From the NCBI RefSeq assembly GCF_016432865.1, contig NC_067401.1:111104001-111168000 (forward strand): 64,000 nt of DNA, given 5' to 3'. Both the position numbers and the translations under genes were made by a program. The DNA is from Antechinus flavipes (taxonomy: Eukaryota). Each line of letters begins with the position of its first letter. The first letter of the stretch is position 1. Of this stretch, positions 1-12,631 are shown in pieces. The notes under the pieces were generated by a model that saw only the letters and a list, made by a program, of their open reading frames with translations, had not been told where the DNA came from and ran no database searches.

Positions 1-759
1 CACCCGACACTCCAATTCAGAGTAGCCAAGGGGAGAGCTCCCCCCCTCAGCCCAAATCGCCCCCACTCCCACACTGGAATTATTACCTGTGCTCAGGTGG
101 GGGAGGCCCTGACCTTCCCACCACCAACCCTTTAGGATCAAATCCTGCGTCCCCCCACCATTATCATCTCCTTTCAAAGCGGGCGGGCCCTTAAGGGCAG
201 CGGGGAGACCCGAGAGCCCCCTTACCTACGCGCTCCCGACTCTCCACCAGACTCTAGAGGGGCGGAGAGGCGTGCGTGCCCAGGGGTGGGGGAGAGAAGA
301 GAAAAGTGGGGAGGGGGAGCCATCTTACCACCCCCCCCATCATTTCCTCTAGCCTTTCGAAGCGCTCCCCTTCTCGCTGAGGGAGGGGGCACGCCAAGAG
401 ACAAATGCTCCACCACTTCATATTTCCAAGATTGGGGGGGGTGTTGGCTCATCCCCACCCCACCCCCCAGTCTGACACTCCGGGCGCTAGGAGGAGGGGG
501 AGCCGCTGAGCCCAAAACAACAAAGAACGAAGCCGCGCGAGGCAGCCCCTCCCCTGGGAGGTTGGGGGTCGGGGCTGCTCTGCTCTCCAGGGCCCCCTCC
601 CTCTAGGGCATTACGGTTTGCTCCCCAAGCCGTCCTCTTCCCTTGGGCGGGGGGGGAGGGGGGAGTAATATCCAGAGCTTCTCCCGTCGCCGCCCAAGCA
701 GGTGTGACAGCGAGCTCCCCTTATACTTCCTTCCCCCCCCCCCCCCGCGCCCCTAGGGA

Positions 760-1290
760 CAGACCCCCCACCCCCACATACACACTCAACACTCAGAAGA
801 AGCGAGGGCGATACACACAGTAGCTCCGTGGGGAGGAGGAAACAAGGGCAGCGAAGAGTGAGGGAGAAGCAAGGACTGACATACAGAACCGGGCCACACA
901 ACCACACGAAGATGAATAGCCAGGGCACAGCAGACACATAGTGACAAGCCCAGCCGAAACACACAACCAAAAACGTCCAGCATACACACCCGAGGAAAAC
1001 ATACACAACCTGACCCAGACGTACCACACACGTATCCCGGAGACCGAGACACTGACAACCGCACGAACTCAGGCATAACCACACACTTCCATTCTCCACA
1101 CACAACCCTAAATGGACCCTGACCGCCCCTTCCCCAACAGGCTGACAGCCCCCTCCTGCCATCACCCCCACCCTACCCCCAGACACCATCGTCGACGCAG
1201 ACACACAAATCACACACTCAGACACACGCACATTGACAGCGGCGCACGCCCGCTCACACTTAGAGGCACACACACACACACACCATCTCC
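760..1290. repeat. CA-rich low-complexity tract in EFNA3 intron 1
   Basis: Many acacac runs. Confidence 0.7.
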
Positions 1291-2205
1291 AAGCTGAGTG
1301 TGTTTGTGACATGACAGCCCCCCCTCCCCAACGCTTCATCCTCCATATCTCTCTATCTTTCTATTGCCCCAGAGCTCTCATTCTAGAGCGAACAGCGAGT
1401 CCAGGCAAGGTACCCCAAGTCAGCGACACAACCCACACACTCAGAAGCTGACATTCACATAGACACCATAACACACATTTTTCCTGTCCTCTCCGGAGGA
1501 TTCAAAGATAGAGACAACTCAACCCCCCACCCCAGTCCCTCGCTCCCCACTTTGAAGAAATGAGACAGAAAGAACCCCAAACATGGTTCTTAAACATCCT
1601 CCTAAATAAAAACAGGTCAATGGCCTTCTGAAATCTGCTTTCCCCAAGTTGGTTTCTCCTTCCAGGGCTTCCCAGACACCCCCAAATCCGGGCCCCCTGA
1701 CCAAGCGCGGGGGCGGGGAAGGAGGGTGGGGATGTAGGACGGGGGCGTGCGACTCCCGCTGTGTGGTGCCGGGAGAAATGGAGAGGGAAAGGGGTTCCGG
1801 GGATCTGAACAGCTTCCTTAGCACATCCCCCTACGCTATGCTCCCCAACCTCCTAAATCAGCGCCCTCAAATACTCCCCTTGAGTCTTCCCAGACGCCCC
1901 CAGCGCCCTCTTCCTCTCTCCCTACGAACCGGCCCCGATTTCTCCAGCGCTCCCATCCCAAGAACCCGCTGCCCTGCTCTCCAGGATTCTCCACCCCGCG
2001 CCCCCCCAATGTCTCCAGCGCCCCCTTCTTTCCGACCTACTCCGACCCCCCCCAGGCCTCTCTTTGCATCCCTCCTAGACTCCCGATGCCCCTCACCCCC
2101 ATCTTCCAAGATTGCCCCCGGCGCCTCCCGATCTGCCCTTCTCCGGGCCCTAGCTTCTCCCGAACCCCCGCCCTCCCCGGGGTCCCCGGGTTCCCTCGGA
2201 CTCAC

Positions 2206-2256
2206 TGCTGGTTGGAGCTGTTCCAGTACACCGCATGCCGGTTCCCCAGCGCCCCC
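2206..2256 (-). CDS. EFNA3: Ephrin-A3, visible 3' part of coding exon 1 (start codon in N gap 2257-2450; remaining exons left of the window)
   Basis: Minus strand reads GALGNRHAVYWNSSNQ-Q, matching the end of ephrin-A3 exon 1. Ends in phase 2 at CA|GTGAGT (2206/2205). Synteny next to EFNA4. Confidence 0.93.
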
Positions 2257-2450
2257 NNNNNNNNNNNNNNNNNNNNNNNNNNNNNNNNNNNNNNNNNNNN
2301 NNNNNNNNNNNNNNNNNNNNNNNNNNNNNNNNNNNNNNNNNNNNNNNNNNNNNNNNNNNNNNNNNNNNNNNNNNNNNNNNNNNNNNNNNNNNNNNNNNNN
2401 NNNNNNNNNNNNNNNNNNNNNNNNNNNNNNNNNNNNNNNNNNNNNNNNNN
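2257..2450. other. Assembly gap (194 N) hiding the EFNA3 ATG
   Basis: N run. Confidence 1.
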
Positions 2451-2700
2451 CGCCCCCACCCTTCCCCCTTCGTTGGCCCGGCGCGCCCCCGACGCCCCGC
2501 CCCCGGCGCGCGCCCACCCACCCAAGGCCCCGCCCCTCTCCTTTCCCCGCTCGGGCTCGCGCGGCGCGTGGGAGATGTAGACTCGGGCTTTCCTCCCCTC
2601 TCGAGAACACGCTCATGCTCCTCCTTCTCTTCCCCTGCCTCGGTTTGAGATGCTGCCGAAAGGGCTCGCAGACCGCCGCTTCCAAAAAGGAATTCCCCAA
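2451..2700 (-). promoter_or_regulatory. EFNA3 CpG-island promoter
   Basis: CpG-dense, with several GC boxes (CCCCGCCCC) immediately upstream of exon 1; the island extends to about 1650. Confidence 0.7.
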
Positions 2701-5457
2701 GGGAAGAGATTGGGAGCCTAGAAGCCAGGACTCTCTCTCCTCCCCTCCGGGACTGGGTGGATCTGAGCTAATTCAAGATTCAGCCCTAAGATTGAGTTTG
2801 TCCCTCTGCTGTATTGGAAGATCTGAGTGAGAGAGGCAGGAGAGAGCTCAAAGGTCTCTACTAGGAAATGACTGGGAATGGGAAAGGGATGTCTTCTGGG
2901 GACGTAGAAAAGCAGAGCAACAAAATCGGCAACAACAGCAATAACAGCTTACTCCTTTGTAGTGTTTTAAGCTTTGCAAGGCGCTTTACAAATGTTAACA
3001 GAAAAATCCTCCCCTTTCTGTTTTCTCCCTTTGCCAATCCTTAGAGGGCAGAGGGCAAAATATAGGGAGGCCGGTGGACAGATACCCTGGCACAGGAGAA
3101 GTTGCTATATGCCATTGGCTGGCACCGGGGCCGAGAAGCTGATGACCTGGTGGCCTTTCTCAGACAGATGGGCAGGAGGTGCAGGGGTGGGAGAGGGAAA
3201 GCCAGGACATTAAGGTCAACTGGAGCCCCAGGAATGTTAGGATTGAGGAGAGGAGACCCCCATGACAAAGGGGTACAGTAGTGATGGGAAAGGAGGAGGG
3301 AGCTCTAAGCTCCCATTCCGGGTCAGAGTCCTGGGGTAAAAACATGCAAAAGGTGTCATTAAGAAGATTCACCCAAGTAGTTAGTCTCACACCAACACAG
3401 GCCTCTTACATTCACACATTGGGCTCCCCCTCCTTCAGGTACAGTCAATGGTACCTCGACTTTCCACACACACACACACACACACACTCACAGGCACCCA
3501 AATGCATACGTACAAAGGGCAGAGCACAGGCCACAAATCAGGTCTTTTAACACAGTCCCTGTACACAGAGTTATGCTGAGACATACATTTCCTCTCACAC
3601 AAAAACACACACATGCCCACAGCTGGCACACACTTGTGTTTGCCCCGCTCTTCCACCTCCCCCTTTTCTTCCTTTTCCTCTTCTCTCCCTTTCTTTAACC
3701 CAAGACGCTAAAGTTAGGGAGAAGAATGAAGAATATGGAATAGGGATATGCCCCACTCCCCTTATGGGGAGACTCGGGCTAATGGGTGAAGTGATATGGC
3801 TCTTAGAAACCTAGACAAGCCCCTGTGCACACAGAAGTTGGCACTGTTCCCAGCTATCCCAAGAAATAGGCACACATGGATACCCCTGACCCTGATGCCC
3901 ACAATTAAAAAGCGTCAGGATCAGGGTGTGTGTATCACGTGCCTTCCATAAGTGCCTGGTAGGCAGTGCCAACCAGAATGGGCACTGTGCCCAGTTGCTG
4001 CCCAGCAAGCAGGCAAGAGCTGACAGTGTTGTCCCTGGACTCTCCCTTACCTCTAGGATCTCCTTTCCCTCCTAAGAAATCAGAAGATAAATTAGGCCCC
4101 TTGGGATGATTTGGAGGGAACTTCACAAACAGCCTCCCCTTCCCTCTCCTGAGAACTTCTTATAGTTTTTCCCAAGACAGGTGGCTATAGTGGAAGGAGA
4201 ACTGGACCAGGAATTAGACCTGAATTCAAGTTATGTCAGTGATACTTACTATCTAGGTGCCATGGATTAGTTATATCTCTGGGTCTCAGTTTCTTTCTGC
4301 ATAGTGATAACAAATAATAAAAATAAAAATGATGATAACACTTACACAACCTCCTTTGAAGGATTGTTAGGGGGAGACCATTTTGTAAATATTAAGATAC
4401 TGTGGCAATAAGACATTGTCTTTTTTTTTTTTTCTTTTTTGTTAACAGCTGCCAGCTGTAATATAGCTTACCTCTCAAGAGTCCAAGACCTTCAGCAATG
4501 GAGCTTCACTTCTCTCCTTACTCCTATATCATCTCTTCCAGATGATAGAGAGGAGAGGGAAGGAGGCCTTTTTCTACAGGGGTTGAATTCTCTCTAGGGA
4601 TTGGGCTCATTGCCATAGGTTTTAATATCTCTCTGTGAGATTGGAGATTTCTTTGGGTCTGGCCCCATGATTAACTAGGTTAGATCCCTCTTTCTAGGAC
4701 CTGGAGTCTTCCCTTATAGAGTTTCAGCCTTTTCCAAGGTCTAAGACTTTTTTCTATAAGGTCTGGGCATCTAGCTATGAGAGTATCCCCTTTAACCATC
4801 CTCAGGTCTTCTTTTCCAACTTTCCTGACTCCAAAACCTTCAAGGCATTCTTCCATTTTCCTCACTTCCCACCTAGAATAGTGAGAACCTGCTTCCGGTG
4901 ATCTCCCCAGCTTGTGCCTAGAGTCACAAGGAGGTGAGCATGTCTATGGGAGAGAGAAGCTCTCTAGCTGGCATGGCCAGAGGCAGCTCCTGGGACAGCG
5001 GGTGGCAACCGCAGAGCTGAGCCGTGTTCAATAAATCATAGAGGCTGGGGGCTGGGGGAGGGGGAGGTTAGGGGGAAGAGAGGGGGGGCTATGGATAAAT
5101 AATTCATTAAACAAATAAACACAGGCGCTGGAGACAGAGAAGAGCAGGCAAGAGTGTAAGCAGGAGAGGCAGCCGCCAGCTCTGGGCATGAAATATTCAC
5201 AGGCTCTGCACCTCCAACACAGGACCCACACATGCTTACCAATACACAATCACATATGTGTCATAATATGGAGACATGTGTTGGAACACAAGAACAAGAA
5301 GAGAAGCACAAATATCTCCTGACACTAAAATATATATTCAGAAGTGTGTGAGTCCTAATAACGAGATACGCATTTGACTTGGAATTATATATATACAAAT
5401 TTAGGAACTGAAGAATTTTCATACAGAAATGGGTTACTGAGAAGTGGGTAAATGTAT

Positions 5458-5591
5458 NNNNNNNNNNNNNNNNNNNNNNNNNNNNNNNNNNNNNNNNNNN
5501 NNNNNNNNNNNNNNNNNNNNNNNNNNNNNNNNNNNNNNNNNNNNNNNNNNNNNNNNNNNNNNNNNNNNNNNNNNNNNNNNNNNNNNNNNNN
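5458..5591. other. Assembly gap (134 N)
   Basis: N run. Confidence 1.
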
Positions 5592-8500
5592 TTGTTTCTA
5601 GTCATTACTATCCTTCCTATGTAGTATTAAGATTCCTGGAAGACAAGTACTTAGAAATCTAGAGAGAAGAAAAGTACAGTACATTTGGAAAGTGCTAGGA
5701 AATTGTGGAAGATGTCATTTACAAGGTGGTAAGGATGGTTGTAGAACAGTGATCACTCACAATAATAGAGATTTAAGGTTAACAAAGCACTTTCCTCACA
5801 ATAACCACATGAGGAATGGATAAAGATTTTATTGTCCCCATTTTGCAGATGAAAAAACCAAGACACAGAGAAGGTAAGTTGTTTGTACAGAGACACATAC
5901 TTCTACAGCCAGGAATTTAACTCATGTCTCTTCTAGTTCTGGGAAGTTGGAGATTGAAAGGAGGGATAAAGTTTGAGAGTAGGGAATTAACCATTGATGT
6001 TATAATCAGGGGACTACTAACTTTACCCAAAATTATTCTAAATACCTAACTAATTTTTCTAAGATCCCTTCTTTTAGGATTCTAATATTACTTCAACTGA
6101 ATTTCCCTTTTACTCTTTCTGAATTTTCCTAATGGTCATGAGGTAAGGTGATGTATAGTAGATGGAATGGGTCCAGAAAGACAATGGAAAAGACCCCAGC
6201 TGTTTGGATCCCCTGTCTCCCTCAATCCCAGACTGTCCCATCTCCTTGTAAAATTACTCTTCCTCCTAACTTTCTTTTCAGGACACTTCCACCGCTAGCA
6301 AGGCCCTTTATATATCTTCCTTGATACTTCCTCTCCCTGCCCAAAGTCATCATAGGAAATGGTTAAAGGAAAAATGAAGATGAGGAATCAAAGGAAAGAA
6401 GAGGGATCTCTGTAGTAGCACTAGCTCAACTCCCACAAGAATTCTGGCTAAGGGTCCACTGGCAGAGCTTTCAGAGTGAAGCCTGGGAGTGGCAGCTAGG
6501 GGTGGGTGGGGAGAATCCAGGTCTGTGATGTAGGTATAGAGAAGGGGGAGGGGGAGATTGGGACATTGGATTGCTCCTCAGGCTCCTTCCCAGACTGCCC
6601 CAGCATTCCCTTGTCTCACTTGGAAAGGATCTGCTCCTCTGGGGAGGGAGCCAAATGAAGACTAGTTTGTACAGGTCCCAGCTCCTCAGCAGACAGACAA
6701 GTAGCAGAGTTGGGGGAAGGGCCCCCCAATTTTTTCCCGAGGAAATTGGATCCTCTATGCCCTCTTCTCCTCCAACTCTATGTTAAAGGTGAGATTTAAG
6801 AAGATATTACATGACTTTGGAATAAGGAAATCCCATAGGAAACATCAGTTTGGATCCTCATTATTCTCTACCCACAAAGAGACCTCAGAATATTTTGGAG
6901 TCCAAGGTCGCATATGAGGACTAGAGCTACCTCCCTTCTACCTCCTTCTCTTCTCCAACTCCCAGCCCAGGGTCTGACAACAGGGCTTCTCTCACCTCCC
7001 ATCCCCTGGGTCTTTCCTGATTTCCCCTCCCTTGTATTAGGCAGGTTCAGACCAATCCATGCAAGATCTTCACAGTAAAGAATTGATTTGTAATAAAACC
7101 AACGTCATGTATCAGAGTCAGCAGAAGAGTTTCCAGAGATTCAGGGGCCAGGTAGTTTTGACGTGGATACAGACACTGACAGAGACATTGTTGCACTAGG
7201 ATAGACAAAACAGTCCCAGATACACAATTACTCTGGGACATACAATCACATATACAGTCACATCAAGAGATACACAAGATGATAAATACACACAGCATGG
7301 TGGATTTATACTATCTTGGTCTCAACTGTGAGTTTCCTATACCTCCCCCCACTCCTCTCTGGCTTCCAGTCAGGATCCCTTAGGTGCCTCCTCTGCTTCT
7401 AGACACCCTTAGGCTTACTCCACCTCCCTCCTCCCACCCCAGTCTGGACCACAGATTCCAGTTCCACCTGAGGGCTGATGCTTTGAGTTAATGACAGCTC
7501 ATTAGTGTTTAATTGAGGAGGAGGGGGAAAGGAAACAGCCTTGGCACCATTTAGAAGGGTGGGGACTGACCCCTACCAGTATGGGCCATCTAGGATGATA
7601 ATGTGTATGGCACTGGGAGTTGACTTTTGGGAATAGTCTCTGGCTCTGTCTTTTCCAAATATGTCCTCTTATTCTCCATCATTTATTTTGCCAATTAAAA
7701 CTTCAGGTCTTCATTTGTTTTGCCAATTAAAACTTCAGGTCTCTCTGATTTCAGGCCCCTCCCCCAATCCATGCCCAAAGAAGAAAAGGTCCAGGATAAG
7801 TCCTTTCCCCTTTTCCCAGCCTCTGAACCCTCCTCTCCAAGCTGATTTAAAGTTTGTGACTTTTCTTTTTAAAAAGTTTTTTTTTAATTGTAAACAATCA
7901 CAAACTTAACAAACATTAAGAAACAAACATTTTTAAAAATAAAAACAAAAAGTGATGAGAGGATCATGAATGAAACTTGAAACTTCTACTTCATTGGTTT
8001 TTTAAGGGCACATTAAATTTCCTATGATAGTAACAAAACTATTCTGTTTGTCTGTTTCCCCTTCTGATTGTCCTTTTACTCTTTTGCATACTTTTGTGAA
8101 TTTTAAAAATGTTTTATTGACATGAATTTCTTTTCTTGTTCTTTTTGCATCACTGTTGTGATTCACCCACCTTCCCTTATAACAACAAATGGACAAGGAA
8201 ACCAAAATCAACACGTTGGTTAGGTAATAAAATATATCTTTCATTTTGCAACTCTAGTCCATCATCTAGAAGTTGCCAGTTACTTTTTCAGGCATGAACA
8301 ACATGGTCTAGAAAAGGCTAAATGAGGAGCAGTGAAAGAGACAGAGGCTAGGATATACTGAAGAGAGAGGAGGAAACTAGGGGACACAGGTGGAACATCC
8401 ATTGGTAAGAAAGGCAGTAGATGGATGAATTCTAGAGAGGAGAAGCAGGGTCTGGAAGGTGACTGAGGGACAGGGGTTGAGAGGAAACTTCTGAGGGGAG

Positions 8501-11500
8501 AGGTTCTAGGAAAGAAATGTGGCTGGTGGGTAATGGTAGAAAGGACTGGGAAAGTGCAGTTGATTTCTCAATTACAATATAATATAAAGATAAAACACTT
8601 AAAAAGGCATTGGTTAGGATGGAGAGGATACTGGGAAGAGAGGGAAAATACCAGAGAAGTGAAGAGGAAAGATTAGGAGTAAAGAAGAAAGGGCTAAGAA
8701 AATGGGGTTGATTTGTCAATTTTGATATGTGAATAAAATGAAAATCAGCCACAGACGTATTTAAGTGAACACTTAGATCTAAGAACCAATTGTATGGGGA
8801 TGGCAATGCCAGCTCCTCCTCCTGTCACTTCAGGACTACTCCAAGAAGATTCATTTCTTGGATTAACTAGGTCTTTGAACTTCTGCTCTGGAAGTGGGGA
8901 AAGAAGGAAAAATTGGAAAAGATGGGAATACCCCTGGGAAGCCTTCTTCCCCCATTCATGGTACCATTCCAGTACACAATGAAGTTACTAGCAGATAGAA
9001 GTGAAGGAGAGCCACAGTGCCTTCGGGTTTGAGGGCCCCCGAAAGGGAGAAGTGGGGAGGGGGGCTTCCCTTCCTCCACATCTCCACCAATGGGAGTCTC
9101 CACTGATGACCTCATGCCCCAGGCCCCAGGATTCCATTGGCTGTTTGGTGCAGGGACACCCACTCCAATAGCGTCACAATTGGGGATCTCCCGACTACCT
9201 CACTGAGATGAACTGGAAAAAAGAGTCTCCTAGCACCTAGTAGGCTCTCAATGAATATCTGTTGAATGAATCGAGGAATGAATGAATGAATGAAAGGAAA
9301 AGACAAAACGTGTCGGAGTTCAGAAAGAAAGGGTCTAATTTGCATGAACCCTTACAATGCAGAGCGGGAGACTTCACGAAGAGGACACTTTCTAACTCTG
9401 GAAACCAAGGAAATGGGGAGCTGGGCGGGACTTTATCCGAGAACTGGGAAAGAGTATGGAGCAAGATATGGAGGTTCTGATACCATAATGAGACTTCTAG
9501 AGCAGAATATTTGGGGGAACTCGACGACTCCCCCAAACCTGTTTTCCAGCCTCCCGGAACCGAGTTTGGGGAACACACCTCGAAGACTTCTCATGGGCAG
9601 GGCCCAATGCTGAAGATACCTTCTAGCTCTCCTACCTGAGCCTGACCTCTATCTCGGGCTTGGACCTTTAGTTTGAGGCCCTCCCTACAATCTCTCTCCA
9701 GGACGCCCCAAGATACTCGGCTTTCCTTGGCAGTGCATCAGCCCAAGGGATCAAGGAAAGTGGGGGACTGAATGAGTGGGGAAAGGGAAAGCTAGGATCC
9801 GCCGTGTGCTACTGTTTACAGTCTTCATCCCTCCACATCCCCATGCACGGGGACTTTAAAGAATCTCTCTCCCCATCCTCCCATTCCCACCTCTAGGTCA
9901 AATTCAAACCCTGAATGTTGTCGGGAGGAAGGAACTGTATGTCTGTGGGCCTGCATTGTATTTCTGCGGGTTAAGTCTGCCTGGATTTGTGGATGCGTGC
10001 TTTCCTACGTGTCAATGTGTGTCCGAATTTGTGATTGTGAAGCGGCCAAGTGTGTTTATCCGGCCCTGTCCCTATGTGATGTCCGCACACTCATTTCCCC
10101 ACTCCCGGCTGGATCTTTCAGGAACGACCTAGGAAGACGACGAGCGTTGCTGGTTGGCATGGGTAGCCTAGATCTCAGGGTCTCGGTGCCTCCACCTCTT
10201 ACCCCTTCCCCGCTGCGAGTTTGCCAGAGAATAGGACAATCACTAATTCCCGGAGTTTGCCAGGGACCAAGAAGGCTGTGATCCAGCCCCCTATCCTTTC
10301 TCCCATAACCTCGGGCTGAGAAATGTAGTGGGGGAAGGGGGCTGCGAGCAAGCGCTGGGGGAGAGAGAGAGAAAGAGAGATGGAGAGGAGAGAGGGAGGG
10401 AGGAGGGAGAAATTTCCATGGCAATGCCTAGAGATCCTCCCCAGCTGCTCCTCTTAACTGCAGGAGGAAAGGGACTCGAACCCAGCACTGAAGCTTCAAG
10501 AAGCTCGTTCTATGTTTCCTTATCCTCGGCTTTTCCCCTCCACCCACTCTATGGGGACCGTTCTTGTCCAGCAAAAGAGCGAACTGAGAAAGGGATGGAG
10601 TTGGGGGGGGCAGTAATGGGGGGGCACATATACACTCATACACTAATGCAAAGAAGCCACAACCACTTACAGGCAGCAGGGACAATTCCAGACACGCGCA
10701 GGCGTGCATGGATATGCACACAGACACTCAGAGCAAGGCCTAGGTGCGTTGGGGCAGGGAGGCCAGGGCCGGCTGTCTGTGTCTACGTCTGCAACTGACG
10801 GTGCCATTCTCCCAGCCTCAGGACAGAGCAATCGAATTAACACGGAGCTACAGCGGCGGCGTGAGTGCCGAGTGGTCTTGCCGGGAGGAGGCGGGAGACA
10901 GCTGTTCCTTCCTTCGGCGCTCCCCCCTCTCCCATTCTGACTTCAGGGGGATAGACCCAGGTGTCTGACCTGGGGGGCAGCCGAGATGTGTGTGGTGAGG
11001 AGGGATGAGACGGCGGGGAAGGGGCGGGGGAATGGGAGGGGAAAGAGGAAGGGGAAGGGGAGATGTGAATTTTTCCGACTTTGCCTGTTTGTCAGTCTAC
11101 GGTTGGCGCCCCCCACCCCCTTCTCGAGCCCCGCCCCATGTTCACACGCTTTCTCGAGCTGCAGCAGCCAGGCCCGAGCTAATCAGCACAACATCCACTT
11201 ATCGATCTCGGGTTCCACGCCAAGCATCCTGGCAATCTGCCAGGAGAGGCTGGGGAAGAGGGATGGGGAGGCCCAGGGTGGAGAGCCTTGGGCCTGGGAG
11301 ACCCGGACAGGTGGAAGATAGAAGGGGGTGGGAGGGAAGTGGAGGAAGGGCAGAATCTTCCCCTACTAGGGAGGGCACTGACAGGTTGGGGGGCGGGGAG
11401 CTCTGGGGTCCTCCCACCACCGGCTCCATCCCCTTGTTCCAATAAAAGCTTAGAACAAAGGGGACCGAGCTAGTCGAAGGCTTTGATTTGACCCTACCCT

Positions 11501-11964
11501 CTACAATTCCAGACCAGACCTACGCCCCAGGTGCCCTCAGGGAAAGGAGGAGAGATTCTTTAGTTTTTTCTAGGCCTAAGCTTTGAGAAATGAGGCTTTC
11601 TTTTAGCCCCCTGCTTTTCCCCCAAATGGAAGCTCAGGCCTCAGTGATTCACTAGTGCCTAGATAGTGCCCCAAACAGCTCCAGCAATACCAGAGCATCT
11701 GTGGTCCCTTCCACCTGCTTCATACACACAGGAAGCTGAGGAGGGGGCAAGTGGGGAGAGAGGTGCCAACCTCCACAGCTGCTGTTGGCATCCATCCCAT
11801 CCAGGCCCAGTGGGGTGCCCACCAAGGGCTGGCACAGATCACTTGAGCACAGCTGGCATGGAGGTCAGCCAGTGCCAAGGTGGGAGTCCAGGACACTGGG
11901 GTTCTGGCACTAGGGAAGAAGCCAGAGGGCAGAAGGGTGTGGTATATGAGAAGGGGGGAGGTGA

Positions 11965-11970
11965 TTTATT
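11965..11970 (-). terminator. Probable EFNA4 polyadenylation signal AATAAA
   Basis: tttatt on plus, about 660 nt past the stop codon; a second candidate lies at 12221-12226. Confidence 0.6.
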
Positions 11971-12631
11971 GAAGGTTGAGTCCAGATACTTATAAAAATA
12001 CAAATAAATGAAAATCAATCTCATATCAAGTCCGTCTTCCCAGAAGACACAAAAGAGTTCTCAGCTGGAGAACAAGGTACAGTCTGGGGAGCACCTGGAG
12101 TATCGGTGGGCTGGTTGATCAGATCAAGGGACAAATCACTTTGCTCCCAGACTAGTAGAAATCTTGAAGTTCCCAGGAGACCTAGGTGTTTCATCCCCCT
12201 TCTCCAGGATTGAGGTTTGGTTTATTTTCCAGAAAAAAATTCAGTCTGAAGAGAGAAAAGGAACCATGGCCAATTGCTGGCAGTTGGGAGTGATGGTATT
12301 CACTTTAGTGTAAATCCAAGAATTGGTCCAGTCTCAGTATTTGTCTAGGTATCGGTCCATGCATTCAGAAATTGTAGGGATAACCCCAGCTAATTCTGAT
12401 CCTCTCCTCAAAAGATCAGAAGGAAAACTCCTGCAAAGCTCCACACCAAGAGCAATGCATTACAGTCCTGGAGTCTTTCAACACTTCAATACTTCCTTGT
12501 CCCCCAAGCACTGATCCTTGCACCCCTTTTCCAGCAGCTGGAGCCTCTAGGCTGAAGCCAGGTCAGGGGCATGCACAAAGAGGCTAGATTTGGGGGTGAC
12601 AGCCAAGAGTATGATGAGATCAAGGCCAGGC

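Noticed and set aside
611-1339. 242-aa Cys/Val-rich ORF
   Set aside because: Product of a CA/TG low-complexity tract in EFNA3 intron 1.
1649-2830. 393-aa ORF and overlapping ORFs
   Set aside because: GC-rich island read through an N gap; only the EFNA3 exon-1 frame is supported.
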